A stretch of DNA of 64,000 bases from the human T2T-CHM13v2.0 reference genome, Homo sapiens, in the NCBI RefSeq assembly GCF_009914755.1, contig NC_060932.1; one strand, 5' to 3'. The notes under the pieces are model-generated. The model saw only the letters and a list, made by a program, of their open reading frames with translations, was not told where the DNA came from and did no database searches. Shown one piece after another: positions 1 to 11,575 of this stretch. Numbering within the stretch: the first letter of the stretch is position 1; the number at the start of each line of letters is the position of its first letter. Position numbers and translations under genes: made by a program.

Positions 1-1948
1 TGGAACATTCTTTTTTATAAAGAATCTCATATTAGACCTCTTAAAAGCATCCTGAGCCCAACCAAGGATTTATCTGTTTCTACGACATACCTGTATGAAT
101 TAAGTGAATTCTCTCTCAAGGTCCCAAAATAAGTTGGGGTTCCTGGGCCTGTCAGAATGTGACCTTTTACCCATTACAGGCCAGAAACCTGTAAAGGAAC
201 CTGTAAAGGAACTGCATAGACAAGCTGTGAGGCCAGTTTTATCCACAGGGCTATTATCAGCTTTATAAAGTCCCAATATCAATTTCTTAAAAATAGGGCA
301 TTCCAGTCAAATCCTTGATTTTTGTCTCCACTTGTGGCCTGTTACAAAACAAAACAGATTCTAACTGAATTTATGCAAATAATTATATTCCCATAAATTA
401 GCAATAATCACTAAGAGTTTCCAAATTTCAGAGAAATCAGGCAGATAGAGGGAAATATGCTTCAAATTTTGCTCACAAGAGTATACTTTACACAAATATT
501 AAAAGCTGTAAATGTCTAAAAAGAAAAAAATTTTGACTCTGAAAAACAAAAGTGGCAATGTTTCAACAAAACCCATAAAAAGATTATTTCAGTCTTCTAT
601 TATTTCAGTCCATGCAATTAACTCCTATTCTGTTAGATATTGGGTGAGCAATCTTCATGAACATATTAGTTCTCCATGAGAGTCCTGGGAGTTTTTTTTC
701 TCTATACCAGTGGCACAATCTCCAAAGTTATCATAAAGCTTCATTCAAAAGCACCCCTTAGAGTCCTACAGCTAATTGCAAACCACCTTTTTAAAAGCAC
801 CAAAGTAGAACAACTGTCAATGACAGAAGTCTTAGGACAGCCATGGTCAAGGACACACTTAACAAGGAAATTTGGTTATTTCTGTGGCATATAACAATTT
901 AACATAATAATTATAAATACTAATAACATATATAAAGACATCAGAATGATAGGAATATCACGCAATGTTGAAAAACATACTAGTAACAGGTTTAATATAA
1001 ATGTAGAACAAATAAAGTTGAACACCATTTCATATTTGACAATGTTTCCTATATGATTTTAACATGCCAAATACACCGAATATGTCTGTTTTTGGCTTCA
1101 GGGGACTTAATATCAAAAAAGATAATGAGGTCAACAAGACTGAATTTAGAATTTGATTTTGGAAAGTTTGATTTTCTTCAGTCCCCACTTTGAAACTTAA
1201 AACAAGTTTCATATATTAAAAGCCAAGGTAATAGCTTTGGAGAGATTTGGGTTACGGGTATTTAGATAGAGACAGATATTGTGGTGGAAAAACAAATTAC
1301 AATCACCAAACAGGTCATTGTAAATAAGTCATTCATTTAGGCAAAGTGATAACTCAAAGATTTCAAAAAGTAAAAACCTTCACTCTTTGAGAGAGAGGAC
1401 TCACTTTCACAAACAATAAGACGTAATAAAGACAGCATGAGGCCAACTAAATTTGTCTCTCTTCCCCAACCCATCTTTTTTTTTTTTTTTTTGCAGTTTT
1501 CTCAAAAGGTAAGCAAAAATCTTTCACTATCTCTTAATATTAAAAGAAAATCTTATTCAAAGGAAATCTAAATTTTACCATTGCATAGCTTATTATTAAT
1601 GCTAAAGTTAGCATTAATAAAATCTTACAAACAAATCTATTTAATTAGTTGTAACACAAGGTAGAGATTTTTATAAATCTTTTACAACATTTTATAATTT
1701 TCCATAAAAGAGCAGATTAGTATTCTAATAAAACCCTGATATTTTGACATAAGGGCCTAGATTCTGGCCCTGAATTAGTATGCTTTTTATTTTAAGGTTT
1801 AATTTATGCAAAAACTAAATAATCCCTTTCAAATTTTAGCCAGCTGGCTTATATATAGAATTCCTTTTACAAGATCAATGATCAATCTTTCATAAACCTT
1901 TAGTTTTGTCCACATTTTTAACTTAAAACAATCTTTAAAATCTAAAAA
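1..1948 (-). mobile_element. ERV1 (MER4-group) internal sequence fragment
   Basis: Reverse complement of 90-200 (ctgacaggcccaggaaccccaacttattttgggaccttgagagagaattcacttaattcatacaggtat) resembles MER4-group internal consensus; AT-rich, no intact ORF. Confidence 0.6.
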
Positions 1949-2217
1949 ATTTTTTTTTGTTCTTTTGAGACCGAATCTCACTCTGTCAGCCAGGCTGGAG
2001 TGCCTGCCTCCAGGGTTCAAGTGATTCTCCTGCCTCAGCCTCCTGAGTAGCTGGGATTACAGCTGTGCATGACCACACCCGCCTAATTTTTGTATTTTTA
2101 GTAGAGACGGGGTTTCACCACGTTGGTCAGGATGGTCTCGAACCCCTGACCTCGTGATCTGCCCACCTTGGCTTCCCAAAGTGCTGGGATGACAGGCATG
2201 AACCAATGCACCCAGCC
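1949..2217 (-). mobile_element. AluS with ~30 bp deletion in right arm
   Basis: T-rich tail then gagaccgaatctcactctgtc...cccaaagtgctggg...cccagcc. Confidence 0.9.
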
Positions 2218-2229
2218 TGTAATTTTTTA

Positions 2230-3515
2230 AATAAATAAGACTAGCTTAATATTCGTTTCATAAAAACAGCTAAATCCTGAGCTATCTGTAAAAAAATACG
2301 TTTAACATTAAGGTTTATACTTGGGTGAACACCTGATATTCACAGGCTATAAAATAGTTAGCAAGGAAATAACTTTAAATATGACCAGTTTTGTCTAATG
2401 TCTCAGTTCTCAAAGCAATCTAGGTAAACTGCTAACAATGAATAAATTGAACAAATATAAGTGGGATGGATAAATGCTTGCTGGTTAACTTTTATGTAAT
2501 TTAAAATCTTAAACTTATTTTGGATTAAAGAACAGCTACTCATTAATAGTTTGGCTCATTTCCAATTAAGTAGAGATATGGAGAAACATGCCTAAAAATT
2601 ATAGAGTGATTTCATCTATAAAGTACTGATACCTGATATGCAGTTTAGGATTTCATGTTTCCTAGGTTTAAGGTCACTAAAAATAAAAATTCCACTTAAT
2701 ATATAATTCTGTTTATAAAGTCTGTCAAAGACATGTTTTTGATGAAAAAAGAAAATAATATAAGACAAATAGAAAAATGTATTCTCATTAAAAAGAAAAT
2801 CACTTTTGTCTAATTCAAAGGTTATTTATGAAACAAAGTAAAAAGGAACCAGTAAATAGGGGAAAGAGATGTAAAGAAAGTTATAGATATAAAGATGTAT
2901 TTGTGATAAGAGAGATTAAAAAGAAAAGAGAATTATTTTGTATGATAAATAACTTTATATTTTTTTCTGAAGTAAGATGACTGGTAATCTAAGAAAGAGG
3001 GAAATTTAGGATACAATGGAAAGTCCAATCATGTTGGAAGTGGCATGTGTATAATCAAATTCATAAAAGAAATTTTGTTTGTGGTTATGTTGGCTTTAAT
3101 TAAAATTGAATTATTTATAGTCGTCTTTCTGGAAACTGAGCTTTGACCAAAAAAACCACAATACAAAACCAAAACATTGGTTAGAGCAATAAGGGTTTCT
3201 TAAAGTATTGATTTGCTCTTCATTAAATTCCAAGAAGTTTTAATGTTTAATGCTATTTTTTTCTTTTTGAAACTTCTCAGATATCTCAGAAGTTCAACTT
3301 CTGGTGTATCCTGCTGCTTTTAGCCTTTTCTTCATTTGAGAATAGCTGAGATGTTAACTCTCTCTTTCAACTTTTTGTTGGCTCTGGCAAATTTTTTTTT
3401 TCTTCAGGTCTAAATCTGTTGCTATAGCCTGATGCTGAAGTGTTTCGTCTTAAAGCTTCAAAAAAAGCAATGTTTTCTTCCATTATCACTTAATTCTGTG
3501 CTGTTGGCTTTTCCT
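2230..3515 (+). mobile_element. ERV1 (MER4-group) internal sequence fragment, opposite orientation to 1-1948
   Basis: Motifs such as acacctgatattcacaggctataaaatagttagcaaggaaataac and gcctgatgctgaagtgtttcgtcttaaag...aaagcaatgttttcttcc resemble MER4-group int. Confidence 0.55.
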
Positions 3516-3519
3516 CCTA

Positions 3520-4112
3520 TGAGTAAGGGCCAGAAACCCTCTGAAGGATTACTGAAAAATCAACTCACAAAAGATAGATCAGTTGAAGAGAAGGCATGCA
3601 GATTTGTTTGGAGTGTGTATGCTGGAGTCTTCAGAATAAAGACCCCAACACACAGGGGAAATTGTCCTTTTTATGCTTAGGTGCGACAAGGTATGGGCAC
3701 ATATAAAAATATGATTGAGGCAAAAGGCATAACCTAATGCCAATGGACTGGGGAAACCCAGCAAGACCTGTCTGTCTAGATTCCTCTTGACCTCTCTGAG
3801 CATGTACTCCTTCCTTCTGGGTATAGGGATCTTATGACCTACAATCCAACAAGGTAAGTTGGATAATTTCTTTATGGCTAATTCATACACAGAAAGGGAG
3901 AGGGCAAATTAGAGTAATATTTTTAGACTTTGTGGCTGGTTTTGAGAAAAAGGAGTTCTGATTTCTAGGTTCTGCCTTGGGGAAAGAGATTCTAGTTTGT
4001 TTGGCCAGCTTTGAGGGATATTGGGACTGAGAGATAGGAGGCCAGGAGAAGGCCAAAGAAAAACTGACTTCTGAAGCTTTTACCTTGGGGCACTGTCTTC
4101 TGAGCTACAACG
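3520..4112 (-). mobile_element. ERV1 solo LTR (MER39/MER34-like group)
   Basis: Reverse complement begins gttgtagctcagaagacagtgccccaa, similar to the tgttggggctcagaaaacgatacccc LTR start. Confidence 0.55.
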
Positions 4113-4329
4113 TGTATTTAAAGTCTTCGACGAAACCATGAAACTTCCTATGCTGGTACTAAGAGTCACGTATTCCCCTGCTCAAGTTACTAGTAAATTC
4201 TTTGTTAGTATTGTTCTTCAGTGGGTTCTCCCCAGTAGCTTTGGGTTGATATCCTCCCAGCTTCTAGCCTTGCAGCATAATACATGTGCTTAGATTTCAG
4301 CAAAAATGCCTCAATAGAGTTTCAATGAT

Positions 4330-5040
4330 CTACTTAGGTCACATGCCACCCATCAGCCAAGCTTTGGTCCTAGAGCTGTTGTGTTTGAAGTGGTCCTACA
4401 TAGTTTATGTGACAGCCCATAGAGCTCAATATGGGCAGCCTATTGTCCACACAGCAGCTAGACAGATCACTTTGATTAGGCGAACACTGTTCCGCTTATA
4501 ACCCTTCTCTCATCCTGTCTCACTTTGATTTCTCATCTCGTTTAGAATAGAAGCCAAAATATAAGCATTGGCTCCAAGGCCACTGTTAGTTGTCAGATAT
4601 CATCTCAATCCATTCCCCTTCTCACTGACTGTGCTCCAGTCACCCTGGCTTCCTGGATGTTTCCTCAACACTCGGGACAGGTTCCAGCTAAGGATCCTGG
4701 TACTTTCTGTTCCACTGCATGGAACAATCCTCCTCACACATATCCACAGAACTTATTCTCTAGCATCCTTAAAGTCTTAGTGAGCCTTTCTTTAACCACC
4801 TTGTTTGAATTCAGTGCTCTCCCTGTGCACCCACTAACCCCTCTTTTTGTTTTCACCAGGCACTTACCACAATCTAACAGACTGCATGTTTTATCCATTT
4901 ATTCAGTTTCCTATTTGTGTCCCTTCAACTCCCATTAAAATATAATATTTTTGAGGGCAAGCAAGTACTAGAACAATAGGAAACACATCAAGAGTATTCT
5001 GTAAACTATTTCTTGAATCAATCAGTGAATGAATGAGTTA
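4330..5040 (+). mobile_element. L2 3' end
   Basis: cactgactgtgctccagtcaccctggcttcctggatgtttcctcaacac...ttgagggcaag...tgaatgaatgag terminal L2 motif. Confidence 0.7.
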
Positions 5041-5489
5041 ATCAATATATTTTTTGAGTGAGGAGCTTTGTGTTAGGTACAGCTAAATGGGAAATCAAGT
5101 GGGTCATGTACCATGAATACCATATACTCTACTGTATAATTCTCCTGCTTATATCAGAAACTGTTTATAAGCCTATTATAATTGATACCAATTGGAATCT
5201 CTTTTTTACTCATCACCAAGAACACCACAAACAAGTTGTTTACCATTTGGCTCCTTATTTAATCTGGATTTCCAACTCCTCATGCTTAAAAGATGGAAGA
5301 TACAATAATACTTTCCTTACAGGGTTCTGAGACTACTAAGAGAACTTATGCATGTAAAAGGGATTCATGCAGTAGAAATACTAACAAAAGAATTACTATG
5401 ACAGATACTTATAACCATTGTGTTTTTACGTATTTAAAATACGTTATACCTATAATTAGTCACACGAGGAAATCAAATGCTAAAGTATG

Positions 5490-5521
5490 ATATGTTTTTA
5501 TGTTTTGTTTTTCTTGCTTAG
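5490..5521 (+). promoter_or_regulatory. NAT2: Splice acceptor of the NAT2 coding exon (exon starts at 5522, 6 nt before ATG)
   Basis: Polypyrimidine tract tgtttttatgttttgtttttcttgcttAG|gggatcATG; NAT2 is known to have a non-coding exon ~8.6 kb upstream. Confidence 0.9.
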
Positions 5522-5527
5522 GGGATC

Positions 5528-6400
5528 ATGGACATTGAAGCATATTTTGAAAGAATTGGCTATAAGAACTCTAGGAACAAATTGGACTTGGAAACATTAA
5601 CTGACATTCTTGAGCACCAGATCCGGGCTGTTCCCTTTGAGAACCTTAACATGCATTGTGGGCAAGCCATGGAGTTGGGCTTAGAGGCTATTTTTGATCA
5701 CATTGTAAGAAGAAACCGGGGTGGGTGGTGTCTCCAGGTCAATCAACTTCTGTACTGGGCTCTGACCACAATCGGTTTTCAGACCACAATGTTAGGAGGG
5801 TATTTTTACATCCCTCCAGTTAACAAATACAGCACTGGCATGGTTCACCTTCTCCTGCAGGTGACCACTGACGGCAGGAATTACATTGTCGATGCTGGGT
5901 CTGGAAGCTCCTCCCAGATGTGGCAGCCTCTAGAATTAATTTCTGGGAAGGATCAGCCTCAGGTGCCTTGCATTTTCTGCTTGACAGAAGAGAGAGGAAT
6001 CTGGTACTTGGACCAAATCAGGAGAGAGCAGTATATTACAAACAAAGAATTTCTTAATTCTCATCTCCTGCCAAAGAAGAAACACCAAAAAATATACTTA
6101 TTTACGCTTGAACCTCGAACAATTGAAGATTTTGAGTCTATGAATACATACCTGCAGACGTCTCCAACATCTTCATTTATAACCACATCATTTTGTTCCT
6201 TGCAGACCCCAGAAGGGGTTTACTGTTTGGTGGGCTTCATCCTCACCTATAGAAAATTCAATTATAAAGACAATACAGATCTGGTCGAGTTTAAAACTCT
6301 CACTGAGGAAGAGGTTGAAGAAGTGCTGAGAAATATATTTAAGATTTCCTTGGGGAGAAATCTCGTGCCCAAACCTGGTGATGGATCCCTTACTATTTAG
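5528..6400 (+). CDS. NAT2: Arylamine N-acetyltransferase 2 (290 aa), allele NAT2*5B
   Basis: [12 protein letters not shown]...[10 protein letters not shown]; RGGWC motif with catalytic triad Cys68 (TGT 5729-5731), His107, Asp122; NAT2-specific Ser125/Ser127/Ser129 (NAT1 has F/R/Y). Confidence 0.99.
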   Translation: MDIEAYFERIGYKNSRNKLDLETLTDILEHQIRAVPFENLNMHCGQAMELGLEAIFDHIVRRNRGGWCLQVNQLLYWALTTIGFQTTMLGGYFYIPPVNKYSTGMVHLLLQVTTDGRNYIVDAGSGSSSQMWQPLELISGKDQPQVPCIFCLTEERGIWYLDQIRREQYITNKEFLNSHLLPKKKHQKIYLFTLEPRTIEDFESMNTYLQTSPTSSFITTSFCSLQTPEGVYCLVGFILTYRKFNYKDNTDLVEFKTLTEEEVEEVLRNIFKISLGRNLVPKPGDGSLTI

Positions 6401-6745
6401 AATAAGGAACAAAATAAACCCTTGTGTATGTATCACCCAACTCACTAATTATCAACTTATGTGCTATCAGATATCCTCTCTACCCTCACGTTATTTTGAA
6501 GAAAATCCTAAACATCAAATACTTTCATCCATAAAAATGTCAGCATTTATTAAAAAACAATAACTTTTTAAAGAAACATAAGGACACATTTTCAAATTAA
6601 TAAAAATAAAGGCATTTTAAGGATGGCCTGTGATTATCTTGGGAAGCAGAGTGATTCATGCTAGAAAACATTTAATATTGATTTATTGTTGAATTCATAG
6701 TAAATTTTTACTGGTAAATGAATAAAGAATATTGTGGAAAAACTC
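6401..6745 (+). terminator. NAT2: NAT2 3' UTR with polyadenylation signals
   Basis: AATAAA at 6413-6418, 6599-6604, 6605-6610 and 6721-6726; the last fits the recalled ~340 nt 3' UTR. Confidence 0.75.
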
Positions 6746-7994
6746 ACTGTCTCTAAAGTTTATGAAAACATTGTTGGCTAATATATTGTGAATCAAAGTT
6801 TTTCTTTAGACGACTTAGGATATTATGGGGCTAGGCATTTTTTCCTCAATAGAGTCTTCCTCTCATCCTCTTTCTTGTCTCCTAGTTACATTCTTTTACT
6901 TCCATCCATACTTTGCCACAAGAGAAGGAACATGAGCTTTATTGTGTAGATCTGATTTGAAATCCTGTGGACACGGGGTGAATTACTTTTAAAATCTGTG
7001 GCTCTGATTCCTCAAAGATAAAATGCAAATAATATTTATATAATTCACTGCCAGATATAAATTTTCAAAACTATTTGTTATATGGATGAATAACATCATT
7101 AATATTGTGGTTGCTGGGCCAGCATTTGCCAAAAGTTCTCCTTCCATTTTGCTTTATTTTCCTGTAACTTGAAATTCTGGTCCTACTGTCATCTGCCTGC
7201 TTCTTCCTTAATTAAATATTGATAGGATATCAGATGTCTCGGATCTGAGAGTGTGCCTTGTGATTCAAAATCTGAATCTTTACTTATCCATAACTCAGAT
7301 TTTCTGTTTGTAAATTCCAGTATCAGGGCTATAGTTTAAACTGCAGATTTGTTCTTAACACTATTCTCCCTCTTCGACTTGTGATGACTATAATAATCTT
7401 AAGAGAAAAGCAGACATTAGAATGAATAAATATTCATTAGGAGAATAAATTACATTGAAGCATCAGTATTTTAGGCAGCAGTGTAATAGTTGGGAGATAC
7501 TGGTGAGTGTAGATATCCTAGGAAGAGGTGGATAGGAGATCTGGCCTCAGTGGGAAGGACAAATGAAAGACATATAGCAATATTTGAGAGCTTGTCATCT
7601 TTCTTACCTATTAGCCTTGTTCAGCTCTCCTGCTATCTTGTTGCAATGCCAGGTCACCACTGGTGCTCCTAGGCAGACCCAAGTTTCTCACATTCTGAGC
7701 AAGATCACATCACAGGAGGATGTGGTGGCAAAAAACAAAAATGAAAACAAAACAATCAAACAAAAAACCAGATAAAAATGTGGCTCAAGTATGATGATAC
7801 AGTTGTATACAAATGAATCAAGTAAATTATATTGCACAACGAGTATCCTGAAACCTAATTCAGTTGTTTTGTTCTTGATTATATATAGTACATAATGGAA
7901 AAAGCAAAAATATGTTCAGAGAGATTCAGAAATACACAATTTCGCTTCCAGGTTGAAGCCTTCTGCCCTTATTATGCAATGTTACCTTTTCTCT

Positions 7995-9514
7995 AATGAA
8001 ATCTAAATGAGTGAAGAAGAATCTCGCCAATTGATTTGCCCAGAGATTTTAAGGTGCCTCTTAATTGTTTGTGTTTGTCCAAACCCATGTCTCTGTTTTT
8101 GGTGGCCCCCTGGAGACTAGGATGTGGCATATCTTGGTAGAACTCTGAGATAAGTAAGGTAGAAACCAAACCTTCTAGACGTAACTGGGAAGGTAGGATG
8201 TTGGATGTATATTCCAGTTCTTCTATTTTCAAGGTGAAGCTGAGTGTGTGTGTTTATCTGCCACTCTCTCTGCTGAAAGCCAGGGAGATTATATGGGGCA
8301 AGTACCCATACTGGTGTTCAGGCGGCAGCCTCTGATCCTAGGGAGATACCTATTGGAAGTAAGCCTATGTCATATCCACCTATTTGTTTTTTGTGGCCTA
8401 GGGACATTCAGGAATGGAAAGCCCCACTGATTCCCAGAGCTAGGTCATTAAGAAGACAGTGCCTTTGGTGGGAGCTATATAAGTTGTGGCTCTTGGTGTG
8501 TGAACTAACTCCTTCAAGGTAAATGAATAGGCCTAGATTTATTACTGGGGTGAGCTGGAAGAAAGGCTCAGGAAGTGCCAAGCTGTGGCTCAGATTACTG
8601 GAGGGCTACTATTTGCTCACCAATGCAAATGTATTAGAAGCAAGCTTGTCAAATAGTCATGGAAAGAATGTGCAGGAAAATCCTTCTGGAGGGAAAAATG
8701 GGAGCTGTGCATTCCAGAATTTTTTCTGCACTGCACCCAGAGGATGTAGCCCCTGGAAGTACTTAGATGCCCATTGAAAACCACCTCTTTGTCCTATAAT
8801 CTAGAGAGACTCACATGTGCCTTCTTCCGTTCTTTGAGCTAGAAGGTATTTAGGATTCAGTTAATCGTGGTTGCTATAAAAGTTGCAGCACCTAATGTAT
8901 GGCATAAATAAATCCTTTCTGGGAAGAAACACGGAGCTGCATTTTTAGAGTTCCTTCTCCACACTCCTCCCATAGTATGAAGTCTGTGGAAGTGCATGCA
9001 GGCTCATATAAAACTGCCTTTTCTGTGGCCTAGAGAGACTTGCATACACCTAGTCCCCTCTACCCCAGAGTTGGGAGGTTTAGGATGCAGTCCTAAGAGT
9101 GGAAAGAGTGGACAAACTCTTTTCAGGTCGGATTAATAGACCTGCAATTATCACTGGGGTTAGGGGAGAAAGCACGGGAAGAGACAATCTCCTTCTCAGG
9201 CTGCTAGTGGGATATTTGTCTCCTTTCTCCCCAGTGCATGTTGGAAACCAGGCCACCAAGTAGCCACTGGAACAGTGTGCCATAAACCCATTCCAGGAAG
9301 TGACAGACAGCTGCATTTTAAAGCCCCTTCTGTACATTGCTCCTGGGGGATAAGGCTCCTGGAAATGCTATGCACCTGTATAAAATCACCTTTTTCCTGT
9401 GGTCTAGAGAGACTTGCATATGTCTAATTCCCTCTACTTCAAGAGGTAGGAGGTTGAGGATGTAGTCTTAGGTGGAAGCTGTAATAGTGGGATGCTCATC
9501 ATGTGAACAGACTC
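7995..9514 (-). mobile_element. Old L1 (L1M/L1MA-MB type) 5' UTR with diverged tandem monomers, inverted
   Basis: Recurrent monomer motif tgtggcctagagagacttgcata at ~8395, 8800, 9025, 9398; typical of old L1 5' ends. Confidence 0.65.
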
Positions 9515-9940
9515 TAGGAGGAATCAGTAGACACAAAATTATAGCTGACTAGATTGGGAGAGGCAGTTGTCTCATCTAACATACAGAAACTAACACAGAA
9601 AGTCAAAGAAAATGATGAAACAGAGATATATATTCCAATTAAAAAACAAAATAAATTTCCGAAACTGTACCCAAGTGATGTGGAGATATGCACTTTACCT
9701 GACAGGGAATTTAGAATAAAGGTCATAAAGATGCTCTCTGATCAGGTGACCAATGTAGGAACAAAACTGTGAATTTCAACAAAGAGATTTTTTAAAAGTT
9801 TTTAAAACACCAGACAGAAATTATAGAACTGAAAAATACTCTGACTAAAAAATCTAATAGAGATGTTCAACAGCAGGCTACATCAAACAGAAGAAAGAAT
9901 CAGGGAACTCAAAGACAGGTCATTGAAAGTTATCAAGTTT
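9515..9940 (+). mobile_element. Old L1 ORF1 5' part
   Basis: ORF 9554-9772 (...EICTLPDREFRIKVIKML) and FNSRLHQTEERIRELKDRS are L1 ORF1p-like. Confidence 0.85.
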
Positions 9941-10514
9941 CTGTTTCAAGAACCAGAAATACCATTTGACCCAGCAATCCCATTACTGGGTATATACACA
10001 AAGGAATATAAATCATTCTGTTCTAAAGACACATACATGGGTATGTTCACTGCAGCACTATTCGCAATAGCAAAGATGTGGAATCAATCTAAATGCCCAT
10101 CAATGATACACTGGATAAAGAAAATGTGGTACACATACACCATGGAATACTATGCAGCTATAAGAAAGAATGAGATCATGTCCTTTGCAGAAAGATGGAT
10201 GAAGCTGGAGGCCATTATCCTTAGCAAACCATTGCAGAAACAGAAAACCAAATACCACATGTTCTTACTTGTAAGTGGGAGCTAAATGATGAGAACACAT
10301 GGACACATAGAGGGGAACAACTCACACTGGGGCCTACTGGAAGGTGAAGAGTAGGAGGAGAGAGAGAAGCAGAAAAAATAAATAATGCGTACTAGGCTTA
10401 CTACCTGCGTGACAAAGTAATCTGCAAAACAAACCCCCATGACACGAGTTTATCTATATAACAAACCTGCACATGTACCCCTGAACTTAAAATAAAAATT
10501 AAATTTAAAAAATA
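9941..10514 (+). mobile_element. 5'-truncated L1PA (older primate subfamily) 3' end with A tail
   Basis: ORF2 C-terminus EIPFDPAIPLLGIY...MWYTYTMEYYAAIRKNEIMSF; 3' UTR ending cctgaacttaaaataaaa. Confidence 0.92.
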
Positions 10515-10549
10515 AGATTAATATCTGCATATAAATCTTTGTTTACAGC

Positions 10550-11556
10550 TTGTTATATACTGAATTATGTCTGCTCCCCCAACATTCATATGTTAAAGCC
10601 CAAAGTTATTGTGTTTGGAAATAGGGCTTTTAGGAGATATTTAAGGTTAAATAAGGTTATAAACGTGGAGTCTTAATCTGATAGGATTGGTGCCTTTATA
10701 AGAAAAAGAAAAGAGATTGCTCTCTCCCCAGTGCAGGTACCAAGGAAAGGCCATGTGAGAACATAGCAGGAAGGCAGCCATCTGTAACCTAAGGAAAGAG
10801 ATCTGTCAAAGGACAAAACTACAACAAATGTAAAGATCTCAATTGGCTTTATCTGTGATTCTGGAATCAGGCAACACTCCATTTCATAAAACAGAACTAG
10901 TGCTCCAATGAGCTGAGCAAAAGGGGTTGTTAGTTTTATAGACAGAGAAGGACGGAAGAAAGCAGAAATAACGAATGGAAAGTAGATTGGTCAAATTTAC
11001 TTTCCTTTTAAGGCAGAAAAATAGAACAATAACTATTCAAGTAATCTTAAGGTTACTTCAGGTTAAGGGTTAAAACAGAAGGAATTTTATCATCATGCTT
11101 ATTGAAGATTCAAACTGGCCTGTTTGAGAAATTGGCTGTTATCTCTTTCTATCTTTTATTTTAAGAGGCTTCCTCAGATACCATGCTGGTGGAAGAAGGG
11201 GAGTGCCACCTTTCTACGGCCAGGTGGACATAAATATCCAAGTTCCCCATTCAATCTCCTTGCCATTCAAGGCAAGGTACCTTGTTACTGCTCAGTGGAG
11301 ACGAAAATTTCTGATTTCTCAGAAGGTCAGGTAACAACTTAGTTTTAGTTTAGTGATGTTGATCCTCAGCCTGAGTGACTCCATTGTGATTTTTAGTCTG
11401 GTCTGTTGGGGTTTGGTGTAGGATCTTAGTCCAAACCAACTGCCTCCTATAATTTTTAATTTAACAGCCCTCGCCAGGTAGTGACTCTGCTGGCACACTG
11501 ATTTGGACTTTTTAGCCTCCACAACAGTGAGAAAATAAGTCTCTGTTGTTTAAGTG
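10550..11556 (+). mobile_element. MaLR LTR (MLT1A/MST-like), split by an ERV1 LTR and truncated at its poly(A) site
   Basis: tgttatatactgaattatgtctgctcccccaacattcatatgttaaagcc ... ggactttttagcctccacaacagtgagaaaataagtctctgttgtttaag. Confidence 0.8.
10804..11466 (-). mobile_element. ERV1 solo LTR (MER31/MER67-like)
   Basis: tgtc...ttaaca termini; gagtgactccatt...agtccaaaccaactgcctcctataattttt motif; interrupts the MaLR between gagatc and gccctc. Confidence 0.65.
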
Positions 11557-11575
11557 AAAAAAAAAAAAAAGAAAA

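Noticed and set aside
1-5521. NAT2 promoter and non-coding exon 1
   Set aside because: Known to lie ~8.6 kb upstream of the ATG, outside the window; no CpG island or matching exon seen
6188-6445. 85-aa ORF antisense to NAT2
   Set aside because: Shadow ORF of the coding strand; no recognisable domain or promoter evidence
6840-6975. Minus-strand stretch translating as CPQDFKSDLHNKAHVPSLVAKYGWK, possibly a pseudogene fragment
   Set aside because: Not assignable to any protein I recognise and interrupted by stops; would need tBLASTx
9863-10285. 140-aa ORF fusing L1 ORF1-like and ORF2 C-terminal sequence
   Set aside because: Chance in-frame junction between two L1 insertions, not a gene
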